Made by a program: the position numbers and the translations under genes. A stretch of 59,468 nucleotides of DNA, counting the filler, from Xylographa opegraphella (Eukaryota), in assembly GCA_022813865.1 (NCBI GenBank). It is 3 parts of 3 records of this genome, joined end to end, with 100 filler letters (N's around TTAATTAATTAA, not from the genome) between each part and the next. Parts side by side here need not be neighbours in the genome. Positions count along the whole stretch, not along the records: positions 40,098 to 59,468 come from JALDZX010000141.1; 2 more parts are not named here. The stretch is one strand, 5' to 3'. Below, piece by piece: positions 48,785 through 59,468 of this stretch. The notes below the pieces were generated by a model that worked only from the letters and a program-made list of their open reading frames with translations, searched no databases and was not told the origin of the DNA. Positions within the stretch are counted from its first letter, which is position 1. The number at the start of each line of letters is the position of its first letter.

Positions 48785-50830
48785 AATAGCCGATTATGAG
48801 ACTGGCCGCTTGGTGTGATCAGTGGTCCTGCGCGTTGGGAGACATTCGTGCTTAGCTCGGATCCAAATCGGTTAGGCACACGCCAAAGTCGAGAGCTCAG
48901 GTAAGGTAACAGTCGAAGTACGTGATTAGTGTATCTAGAGGGTCCGCGCGAGCAGAGGACCCGTGGCTTGAAGTGAAGAATCAACAGCGATGTCACAGAG
49001 GAGGACTTCAGCTTTGGGCGAACGACGGGACACGGGTGTTCCTGAAGCAATATGAAGCGGTCATGCGGTATTCGGACAGCGCGGACGACGGCTCACTGGC
49101 CTCCAACCTTGAAGTCCCCGTGACGGAAGGCAGCGTCCACAGGTTCTTCGTCGGTACCTTAGTTCTCATTCCATGATGAACAATGATCTTCTTGTGCGTT
49201 TTGGACGTCCTTTCTCATTATTTCATATCGATCACTGGATTATACGGAGCACAAGTGCTCGTGGGTCCAATGTAAGGGAGTGGGGCAGCGCCAAAGATGT
49301 ATGCCCCGACCTGAGCGAGCTTAAGATAGGTACCTTACCTTACCTCCGTACGTTTACTCCATGTCTACCTACTTCGTAAGGTAGGTAGGTAGTCGGTAGA
49401 GATTCCGGATCGTGCCACAGCGGCGCTAGGCACGATGCTGACAAGCGTCGGCGTGACCCAGCGTGGCACACGGGTCGTCAAGCTCGGCGAATCACGGGCC
49501 TGCGAGCCCCTGCCTTTGTGCCACTGCGCACATGCTGCATGCTGCTGCAGGTGTGCCCAAGGTCGGAAGAGGCTACCTTGGGTAAAGTTAAGGTAGGTAG
49601 GTAAGGTAAGTAGTAAGGTAATAAGTACGGAGCGTAGCTCCCACCCTAAGGCACCGGCCGGCCCTGCCTCCCTGTCTCCCTTCCTCCCTTCCTCCCTTCC
49701 TCCCTCACCTCCAGTACGGGGAGTACGAGGACCCAAGGTACCTAAGGTAGGTACCTTGAGTAGACTACCCACCTTATCTGCCAACGATCATGCTACTATT
49801 CTGCCCAGTAATGAAAGTGACGGAGTGCGGAATCAGTGAATCACACCCAGTCTCCAGTCGCCATTCGCCATTCGCCATTCGCCAGTCAGCAAGTGCCAGT
49901 CGCCAGACTTCAGAGCGAGCAAGAGAGGCGCCAGTAGGAATGGTTGGCTTCTCGTGACTCGTTCGTGGGCCGTCAGGTATTGAAGGGCTGCCAATCAGCC
50001 TGCCGCGAATCTACTACTGTGTACCTGTAAGGCATCGCGCCACCGAATCATTCCCTGATTGCCCCCGTTGCGAAGCCTCCCTCCCCCCGGGGGGGGGTTA
50101 GCCTCTGGAAGCCAGGTCCGAGCTCCCCGACACCCAGGCATCCAAGATGCTTCCGGGACGGATCGCCTTGCTCCCTGCGTCTGCCTCTTCCCGCCTGACC
50201 AGTCTCGCCAGTCTCGCCAGTCTCGTGAATTCTCCAGTACGGAAGTCCGATGCAATGGCCTCCTCCCTTCTTCGTTCTATTATCTATCCATGGCCGGACT
50301 GCGTACGCATTTCTTCACCATCACCGCGCTTGCACCTTTACTCTCTCGACCCTTCCACACCAATCCCCCCACCCTCCCATCTCCATCCACAGTACTTCGA
50401 GCAGCCGACTTGGACAAAGCTTCCCCGTCTCCCCCAACTTCCCTCCTGCGCGAGATGCGAGATGCTGCCCAACTAACCTGGTCCATCTGACGAAACCCCC
50501 TCCACCCGGTCCTGATCGCATCTCTCCCCACCTACCGCCTGCGCTCGTTCCGATCATCAACATCATCACCCGTCCTTTATTTGTCCTTCGTCGCATCCCG
50601 TCGCTCTCTGTCTCGCAATCGCCAACGCTCTCTGCCTTCCCTCAGCCGCTTGCTGGATCTCTCCGGGTGACTATTGTCCCGACGCGCCCAGGAAAAGTAT
50701 CCCCGCGCATACATATCGTGTCCCCACCACCGCCAACTTGCACCCCTTCCCCCTCCTCCCCCCCCCAAAACACCACACCGCCATTTTGGCTGCCAGAACT
50801 GGACTTCCTCTCCACCTCCGCACGTAGAGG

Positions 50831-52807
50831 ATGGGCAAAATCAGCGGCACCCATCATTTCGAACGACGGTCGCCGGTGTGCCTGGAATCCCGCCCGTCTC
50901 GAATCAACGGTGCCGACTTCAACACTCTGGATGACGACCTCCTCAACTGTACCCCTCCCGCCATGTCGCCCACTTTTGAACGTCGTCGCGAATCTTTCGC
51001 AGACAGTGTTACCACGTTTCCGCCTTCAGAAGGCCTGTGGTCGGGCTATCAATTTGGAGGGGAGCAGGTCGCTTCGTTCCCATCGAGCAGTACGCCGCAT
51101 GGCTTACCAGAGCATCGCCACTCTACATATCATGACGCCACTGCCTCTCTGCCCGTGCAGTATGGTCAACCTGCCGCTTGGCATCACAAAAGAACTTCAG
51201 GCTCCTGTACGCCAACGGCGGATTACGACGGTCTGAATCCCGAGTACGAAGCCGCAAGAACGGCACCATACACCATCGGCGCCGGACACTCAGCTCAGGC
51301 GGGCACCTATATCGGGTTGCAAGTACACACCGGTCCTACCTTCGCCTCGCATCCTACCTACCCGACCTCACCGCAGTCGGCCAAGGATTGGATGTCGGCC
51401 TCGTCTTCGGAAGCCCTGGAATATCGCACTGTCGCCGCTCACAACAGCCCCCAAAGCCCGTCATTTGCAGCGAACTCTCTTCTACTCCGTCGTGATGGTA
51501 TACGCAAGAAAAATGCACGCTTCGAGATTCCTGCAGAGCGAAACCTAAGGACCATTGATATGATGATCAACCAGACAAACGATGAGCACGAGATCAAAGA
51601 ACTCAAGCAACAGAAACGGCTGTTGAGGAACCGACAAGCAGCGTAGGCTCGATCCATACCTGTATTTCCTGCGCGACCATAGCTAACATCTGATTACTTG
51701 CATAGGCTTGACTCTCGTCAACGGAAGAAGCAACACACCGAAAGACTAGAAGAAGAAAAGAAACATTATACGACGATCATTAACGAACTGGAAGAGGCAT
51801 TAGGCGAGATGAAGGTCCACGAAGCGGAGTGGGAGCGTGAAAAGGAAGGCTGGGCGACGTCACAGCAACAGCTCAAGCAATACGTTGACAATCTCCTGAT
51901 GGAAAAGGAAGAGCTGGTTCGGTGTCATACGATAGAGACTGGCGAGCTACGCAAGAGAAACACAATACTGAGTGAGCAGATACAGAGGATTGAAAGCACT
52001 ACGATGTCAACCGCGCCAAGCTCAACTGGATTTTCTGCCGACTTCTCCGATTTTGATCATCTGACTATGGACAGCAGTCCTTGGGACAATTTTTCACTGG
52101 CCAACGACTTCTCAGTCGAGACCGAGAATTCTACAGGGAATTTCATGAGCAACGAAGATAAGCGCTCCAAACCCGTAGTCAAAGAAGACGACAAGGTTGC
52201 GGCATCAGGATTTCTCTTGATGTTACTACTGTGTGGAGCATGGGTGGCATCGAGAGGTCCGGCGGATCCATCCAATGTTTTGCCAGCGATGTCGGATGAT
52301 ATGCGAGTAGCATCTGCTACAGTTCTAAATCATATCTACAGAGATGCCGGTGTCCAGCTAAAGGAAATCCCTTGTCCCACTCAGCAGGCCGTGGAGGTTA
52401 TCCCATGGAACTCCAGGCACTCGTCAGAACGGAAGACTACATTGAGTGCGTTTGAAATCGCCAGTCTCTCGAACGCCCCGCTTGAGACGCTGCACCAGCA
52501 ACTGACGGCACCGAGTAAAAAGCAGCTTCAGGATCAAGCATTCTCACTCAGTTCCATCCAATACAACGACTTATCATCAGATGGTGATCATGACCAGCCG
52601 CATGCTCCAAAGTATCACAAGCATCGAAACATCGGAGATGCCCTTGCTGCCCTTCGTGGTGCTCAGGAAGGCAGTGCGGCTGAGGTTTACACACGATCCA
52701 TTTTGTGGGATAAGGTGCCCAAAGACGTCGTTCGAGATTTTGCGCGGAAGGTCGCCGAGACGACTGTCGATGCTCAAGGCTCCTGGAAGTCCGAACCGCT
52801 TAGCTAA
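50831..52807 (+). CDS. bZIP transcription factor (probably ADA-1-like) with a post-zipper hydrophobic segment (2 exons)
   Basis: KRLLRNRQAA/LDSRQRKKQHTERLE basic region split by intron 51643-51705, then a heptad zipper and VAASGFLLMLLLCGAWVAS. Start codon uncertain. Confidence 0.88.
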
Positions 52808-53429
52808 ATTCCACGTTGATACATACGACAGCAACAGGTTCCAGGTGTTCCAGGTGTTCCAGACTGCTTGTGAATACAGTGGGGAAATATTACAGGATCC
52901 CGCAAGGGAAGGGATCATCTAATCAGATCTTTAGTCGGCGTTTCAACCTTGCAAAATCTGCCAGGAGGCTTTTTGCGACCGCTTTTTCATTCCTGCCAAA
53001 TGGGCCCCGGTACTGTTGGCACGAGTGTTAACGACTGTTTGGATGAACGTTGTGTTGCACGCAGTACGATGCTATGACGGTTACCCATGAATTATGTGTA
53101 TACGCGTGCTTTCTTCGGGCCAGTATGGCAGGCTAATCTCTTGGAACAAGCGCGGTGGCTGTGGACTAGATTTGAACGTGCAGGATAAAGTTACCCAGGT
53201 CCTCGTGCTTATTTTATGCCTACCTAGTATCGGGACAGGTCATTTGTCATTCTGAACCAATGCCTCAATAAAGATGATGACGATGATACACCATTCAAAT
53301 GATTATGTCTTCCCGTCCACTACCCGACTGCCTTGGACGGAGGCCTGGATGATATACGGTATGGCCATTCAACAATCTTTCGTAAGGTACTCAACCACAT
53401 TGCAAACATTTTTCTAACACCCCCAACAC

Positions 53430-55099
53430 TTACTGTGGTCCTTTTGCATTATATTTGTCCTTCCATATCCTGAAATAGGTACCTCCTGTTAGCCGAATGC
53501 TCAATCGGGCAACGGTGGTCGAAGCAAGCTGAGCCAAGCGGCTATCGATGGATGTAGCCAAGCGGCTATCGATGGATGTAGCCAAGCGGCTATCGATGGA
53601 TGTAGCCAATCGACCAATATTGGGCTCAGAGGGTTGTAACAGTCGTTCTTGAGCAGGGAACAAAATCAAAGGGAATTATTACTAACCACGAATTTCCTAG
53701 TGTTTTACTGCCTCTCTCCTCTGCCATTCGATATAGCTGTGCGGCCTTGAACTAATCATATGATGACACATCTATCAGCCTCGTTTTCAACAACGCATAG
53801 CTGCCCAATTTTTGAACTGCCAGTAGCAATCTGGGACCCTGGTCTGCCTCTCAATAACTCAGGTATCGACCTGTGGAGCCATACCTTGTCCCTCTTCCCA
53901 CCAAAGCCCTCCTCGTAGCATCGAGCCGCTTCATTCATTGCATCGGTATCTCCTAGGTTCGCTGCCGTTTCGTAATGACTCCTCGCGGCCATCGGGTCTT
54001 TCCTCACGCCCCAACCATGCCGGAAACAATTGGCGAGTTCGTAGATGGCAAGTACAAGTTCGCCTTTCGCAGCGCCACCCCCTTTCATCCCCACTGATAG
54101 AGCCTGCGACTCGAACGTAGCAGAATTGGAAGCCGCTTGCGATAAATAGTTGATGGCAAGCGAAGGGTCGGGTGGAATTCCCCAGCCATGCCTACATAAT
54201 TCGATCAATGCTAGACCGTCACGCAAAAGGTTTCTCCTTTCTCCGTTGTGGAGCTGGAACCACCAACCCACACAGAAGCATGAATTACTGCACCCTGGAC
54301 TTACCTGAGGGCAAGTCCATACAGGACTTGACTTAGGGCATTGTTTTCACCATTCGGGTTTGCTAGCCTGCCAAACATCTTCGTCGAATTGGTGAGGTCT
54401 GACACCAAACGTAGACTTAGCACCGATATTAATGATTATTAGGAGACGATTGTATACCTCCAGCCTCATGCAACCTTATTGCTTCCTGAATGTGATCCTG
54501 CCTTCAAGTTAGACATGTTTGACTCGGGTGCATTCTTTTTCTCTTACATCGCCCTGAGCATCACTGATAGACCTTCTAATCGCCGGCCTAGCGTCGCTAA
54601 GCGGGTTGGAAAAGGGGTTTAGGCTTGATGCGCCAACACAGAATTCTTCGGTTGGGAGAACGCCATGCTTGAGATTCGGATTCTCTTTGGCCAGTATAGT
54701 CGCACGTTGTTCCCATCTCGCTTCACGTTCCTCGTCGCCCACTGTGCTAGAATCAATGCTTGGGAGATCAGTAGGCACGTTGGCGGAACCGTGCGAATGA
54801 CTACGAAGGTTCAGAAGTGAGGATAGACGTCTCTCCGCTTTGGGCTCTCTCGACGATGCTGAAGCGTTCGAGAAGCTCCGGAAGCGCGACAGTCGTCTAG
54901 CATTTTGAGAGCTTTCCGGGCGAACAGGCAGTGTGCTCTCCGACGGCGGAGAAGGAGGTTCTATAGTCTCTCGAGTATTGGTGTCCGTACGCAGAATGGT
55001 GAATTCGGGCATAGAAATTACCAGCGCTGACGGTTTATGGTCTGGTTGGATATCGTGCTGACCCTGATCCTTTTTCCTGAGCAGATCCTTCAGCTTCAT
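53430..55099 (-). CDS. Sel1/TPR-like repeat protein (multi-exon)
   Basis: IQEAIRLHEAG, RHGWG twice, LVLAIYELANCFRHGWGV, YETAANLGDTDAMNE, LGNSW/IWKDKY. Last intron 53470-53686. Confidence 0.85.
53532..53609. repeat. 24-bp intronic minisatellite x3.2
   Basis: AGCCAAGCGGCTATCGATGGATGT three times, inside the last Sel1-gene intron. Confidence 0.85.
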
Positions 55100-55734
55100 C
55101 GCCGGTCCGATGTATACTCGGCTATAGATGTCACAAATGGTGTGACGGAGTAGTCGCCAGGTTCTCCTTCGAAAAGCGAAGTCCCGGTTCAGAAATCAGG
55201 ACGAACAAAGCAGTTGCCACAAAAAGAAATCATCATTGAGGTATTGTGGCCACAGGATTTGGTCAGCATCTCTCAGAAAGATAAAACTCTTCACCAGTGT
55301 TAGATTCAGAGAGGAAGTTAGGCGAGCAAAAGGACAGAACATGGTGACACCTATCGAGCCAATGGTGGTCCCGCTCAGCCTTGGCGGGTGCGCTGGAATC
55401 CCACGGCGCGGGGCGAGGACCTCCATGCGGGATTCCTTTACACTTCTCCCTTGGTGATACTGTGGCATTTCACGCACAGGCATTGTGCATGATCTGCAGC
55501 ACGCTGGCGGTCACAGTGACGCCACCTTCGCCTGGATGACTGATATGTGCAGTTGACTACGTTGATCGCACACCATATGGAAAGCCCATTTCCTTTTAAT
55601 GACGTGTTTTTGGTTGTGCAACATGTTTCTCTCGAGGTACGACCGGATTCACACTCTACACCTGTTGTCATTGTCACGCGATTGATATTACATGACCACA
55701 GGTGACTCGGCATCAAGGCCAATACGACTAGCGT

Positions 55735-57493
55735 CTATTCATCCATCGTAGCCTCGAGATCCCATAACTGCGCAACTGAGCTCTGCAAATCCGGGGTCTC
55801 TTCGCTATTGGCTACAAGGATATGTTTTGGTATCTCGTATTCTATGACTGGAGCCTTCGTCATGGCTTGTTCAAGCTCTGTACCCAGCATCTGTGTTACA
55901 TTAGACAAGCCTTAATTCCTCCATGGGTGAAGACTTACACTGCCGTAGGTGTGATCCAAGAAATCTTCGACGTTGTATCCTTGTTTGGTGAATTGTTCGG
56001 ATACAATCCTCGAAATCGCCGCAACATTTGGGTGATAATGGGATTGAAGCGTCTCAATCTCCCACAAGCTACTCTCAATAGCCTGGGTGAACATAGGGTC
56101 ATTCTCATCCATGCGGAAAGAGTCGTGAAATTCAGCCGCTGGAAATCGGACCTTCCTTTCAGCTTGATGATTATCTCTTTGAATCATGAAGGTACATGTA
56201 GGATGGTTTTTCAACAAGTTGTAAATCCATGGCACTACCACAACTATGGCGGGTGGCGGTGCACCAAGGCACAGCCGCGATAGTCTCTTGACGAAGCTGG
56301 CCACCAAGATTGTTGGTAGATGTGTAGACGCGAGAAAACCTTCGAGCAGGCGAAAGAAGCGAGAGCGATGTTTAGAATGCAGAACTTGGAAGTCAAGCAA
56401 CGAGTACAGTTTCAGATAAAATTGTGGATAGTCTAGATTCTTCACCTGCATGAGATGGAAGAGTCCAGCCAATGCCAAAAGTGAAACAGGGCCCGCAGTC
56501 TCGAAAGAATCTATTAAAAAATCCATCAATATCTCCGGCTTTAGGAAGGCAGGTGCTATTCGATGTGGCATCGCTCGTAGCAGACTTTTCCGTTGCACAA
56601 CGGTCAGGCTGCGCCTTAGAACAACCATCCAAGCATCCTGCGCCACTCGCCTTTGTGCCGCTCGTGAGTATGTTTTACTTCTTCTTTTTGGTGGGTCGAT
56701 ATAAAGAGGCTCTATCCGCTCTTCAGCACCGTCACTGGCGTTTACAGCTATCAACATAGAGATAACTCCATCGAGACTGGCTGTAATGTTCTTCGTGGAA
56801 GCAAACCTACTAAACGCAAATTCAGAATAATGTCAATCTTTAGCATTAGGAAACATACGTGAGTGTTTGAAAAGTGTAAAACCTGATGTCAGCGCATTGT
56901 TCAACATATTCTTCAATAAAAGTCTCCTGTATTCGATCCCTAGTGATCAGATTTATCACAACTTGCACAATCGATGGGAATATCCCTTTATTCCAGGTAA
57001 GCTCTTCGTTTGAATTCTGCCCCGAATATTCCTCTCTGAATAGTTGCATCAGAACGGTCAAGGACGTCCTCTTTTCTTCGGACGTTCCGTTTGCAAGTGA
57101 ATCCAAAAGGTTGTCGCAATATTCTTCATACTTCCTCCTAAGCCATTCTACAACCATACTTTCATTCTTATCCAGGTGCTGTGGTGCAGTCATGCCGCCT
57201 CTAGCCATGAGCCGCGAAAAGATCCGACATAGTGCAAGGACAGCTTCATGGATCCGGAATTGACTCACTTCGGATGAAGTCATACACGCAAGCAGGGTTG
57301 AGATATTATTGTAGTATTGACGTGACTTTAGTATCAGTCTCTCAAGGTCCCTGATATTGAGCGCTGGGTCCTTGTATGTATGGGGCCCGTGCAGAAGTGG
57401 AGTGCTTGATACCCTCAAGGGAGAAAGTGAAACTGCAGCACCACGCTTCCGCTTTAAAGACCTAGGTTCGTTTGAGCTCACTATATTAAGCAT
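55735..57493 (-). CDS. NOC4: Nucleolar complex protein 4 (CBF/Mak21 domain; 3 exons)
   Basis: LMDFLIDS, NLDYPQFYLKLYSLLD, HSKHRSRFFRLL, STHLP, SSLWEIETLQSHYHPNV, EDFLDHTYGS. ATG at 57493; last exon 55735-55890. Confidence 0.9.
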
Positions 57494-57619
57494 CTTTGTG
57501 GTGCATCCGTGGCGATGAGCAGCATGAGCCGTAACTATACAAGTACGGTAGATACGTAGCTGGAGTGTGGAGTTTGAGCCATGTAAAAATTCGCACACAC
57601 GGCCCGGCGTTGATGCACA

Positions 57620-58486
57620 TTTTCTAAATAAAAATTCGAGTATTTATTACAGTCGTTTGCAAAATTGAAAATCATGAATTAAATTTTCGAAGGAAAAAAT
57701 GCGAAATATTTGAAAAGTAATTTATATTTTAAATATTTCAATATAAAAAAATTATAATTGCAATTTAATAATTGAAAATGATTTTAATTATAATGTAATA
57801 TTAATTCTTGAAAAATTGAAAGATTTATTTCAATAATAAATCAATATAATCGTAAAATAACGTTTCGAATGAATAATGATTTTTACTAAATATAATAATA
57901 ATAATATTCATACGCTCTTGTGACATCGATTTTAATCGATTTATGAAAGAATTTATTTAATAATTATATAAATAAAACCCTTTAAGGAAAAAATCGCTTT
58001 TTCGATCTGTTAATATATATTTATTATCGCGGTTGCGCTGTTTTATATATTTATATTAATTTATTTATTAATTTAATCGCTTTCGTAAAAATATATTTTC
58101 GCTATTAAAAACTATTTTAGCAGTTTCGTATATATTAATATTTTAATCGCCGCTCAAAGTCTCGTAGTAAATTCAATTAATTTTCAAATAATTTAAAAAT
58201 TTAATAATATTTAAATTGTTTTTTATATATTTTCTTAACGCCGTTTAAACTTTATAATATATTAATACGTATTAAATTATTTATAGCTAATGACAGCCCT
58301 TTGTTTTATATTATAATTTATAATCGAGAATTTTTTTAATAACAAATTCGCCTTTAAATTTTTTTATTTTAAAATATAATATTAATATATTTTTTGCTTC
58401 ATAAAATTCGTTTTTTAATTTCCTCGTTTTTTCGTCGAAAGAGCATCGCTGCGTTAATATTTTACTCGTTTTTTTAATATATATTT
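57620..58486. repeat. AT-rich RIP-degraded island
   Basis: Abrupt GC drop about 130 bp upstream of the NOC4 ATG. Confidence 0.8.
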
Positions 58487-58683
58487 TGTTAGAAATAGAG
58501 TCCCGGCCTGCCTGCAGGATAGCGAGAGCTGCTAAGCGAGAGCTCGGGNNNNNNNNNNNNNNNNNNNNNTAGTGCGCGAGCATATAGTCTCGTAGTTGTT
58601 CATAGCTAATACAACACACTTGTTTACCCATATATTCTGCTAGAATGACCACTGCGCTTCAGTACCCATCGTACCTTTCAACA

Positions 58684-58695
58684 GGTTATGAGCCC
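58684..58695 (+). promoter_or_regulatory. Primer-binding site complementary to the initiator tRNA-Met anticodon arm (half-tRNA priming)
   Basis: GGTTATGAGCCC abuts the LTR terminal CA and matches, from memory, the Ty5/copia-type PBS GGTTATG(A/G)GCCC. Confidence 0.8.
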
Positions 58696-58926
58696 GGGTT
58701 AGCCACAGACTTGATTGTCACCAGACTTTACTGTCAACCGACCTAACCGTCAACCTCGATATTTGACCTCTTCGCTGAGCCAGTCAAATTCCTACCTTCA
58801 TAGACCATCGAGTCGATCAGAGCATTCAAGTAGAATATAGCTACGAAAGCTACTATACGCAGATCTAACGATCAACCTGTATAGGCACTGAAATAGCCTT
58901 ATTCCAGATCTATCGCACGATTATCC

Positions 58927-59468
58927 ATGGAGTCCCATGCTTCCTCTGGAAGCCCTTTCAAAAGTTCATCATCAACACAGAAGAATCAGCATCAATGCCG
59001 ACGATGCAGCAAGTACTTTACATCAAAGAAGCTTCTGCTTGACCACGTACGCACCAGACCTCGCTGCACCAGAGACAAAGCATTTATCAGTGAGCAACGA
59101 GCAAAAGCAGACAGTACAGCAACACGTCCCATTTCGCGTCGATTATTGCCAACCAAATCATCCAAGGCTTCAACACATACGACATCAATAACACCTGTGT
59201 TTACGCACCTTCAAAACACTACTTCGTCAACAGCCCAAAATGACAGCAATGATCACTCTTCCTCGTCGTCTTCCTACGAATCAGATTCAGACACCACCTC
59301 TTCCTCTTCCTCTGGAGTACCTATTAATACAGAGACATCGACATCAATTCAACAAGAGGAATCCTACGATTCTGAAGTACATCAACCACAAGACGACACC
59401 AACGATGAACACGACAGCAGCAGAAACTTCTCACCCGACGTTAGCAGTAACAGCGATTCCTACGATTC
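58927..59468 (+). CDS. Element-internal ORF1, partial (at least 180 aa): N-terminal C2H2/C2HC-like zinc finger then a Ser/Thr/Asp-rich region
   Basis: My translation from ATG 58927 reads MESHASSGSPFKSSSSTQKNQHQCRRCSKYFTSKKLLLDHVRTRPRC... with no stop before the window end. It is absent from the ORF track, presumably because it is unterminated. Confidence 0.65.
   Translation, partial: MESHASSGSPFKSSSSTQKNQHQCRRCSKYFTSKKLLLDHVRTRPRCTRDKAFISEQRAKADSTATRPISRRLLPTKSSKASTHTTSITPVFTHLQNTTSSTAQNDSNDHSSSSSSYESDSDTTSSSSSGVPINTETSTSIQQEESYDSEVHQPQDDTNDEHDSSRNFSPDVSSNSDSYD

Larger units (their letters stand above)
58487..59468 (+). mobile_element. 5' end of a Ty1/copia-superfamily (Ty5/copia Hemivirus-like) LTR retroelement: 5' LTR 58487-58683, PBS, internal region running off the window
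   Basis: A family A LTR is followed immediately by GGTTATGAGCCC rather than a TSD. The internal sequence is not AT-degraded. Confidence 0.8.

Noticed and set aside
50831..52807. bZIP as Hac1/HacA
   Set aside because: The basic region and a conventional GT-AG intron within it do not match Hac1, and I found no Ire1-type non-canonical intron.

Overview
This is eukaryotic DNA from a filamentous ascomycete (Pezizomycotina-type: short GT-AG introns with CTRAC/CTAAY branch sites and conserved housekeeping genes). Three gene-dense blocks of roughly 50% GC hold about 21 intact genes: ARC1, a GPF-plus-chromodomain orphan, SUV3, SEC1, an SDR, a luciferase-like/DUF5519 protein, GCP4, a Cys/His-repeat protein, GRX3/4, a BBOX/TauD dioxygenase, TPC1, a hypothetical protein, CDC55, YEA4, DNM1, CSN4, TFG2, a CCCH protein, a bZIP with a hydrophobic segment, a Sel1 protein and NOC4. 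There is also a PEBP pseudogene. The gene blocks are separated by extremely AT-rich, RIP-like repeat islands (about 61-1070, 20140-22280, 37405-42990, 57620-58486), which carry short, largely unmutated TG...CA LTRs of at least three families. Two 100-nt N44-TTAATTAATTAA-N44 spacers are artificial contig linkers, so adjacency across them is not biological evidence. The main oddities are: (1) a copia/Ty5-like LTR with a half-tRNA-iMet PBS, followed by an unmutated ORF that opens with a C2H2-like zinc finger; (2) a free-standing gene resembling the GPF/chromodomain tail of a chromovirus integrase; (3) a tandem duplication of the CSN4 3' end that RIP-like mutation turned into AT-rich DNA; (4) a bZIP with ATF6/CREB3-like membrane-anchor architecture. 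All calls come from reading the sequence and ORFs by eye; no searches were run.
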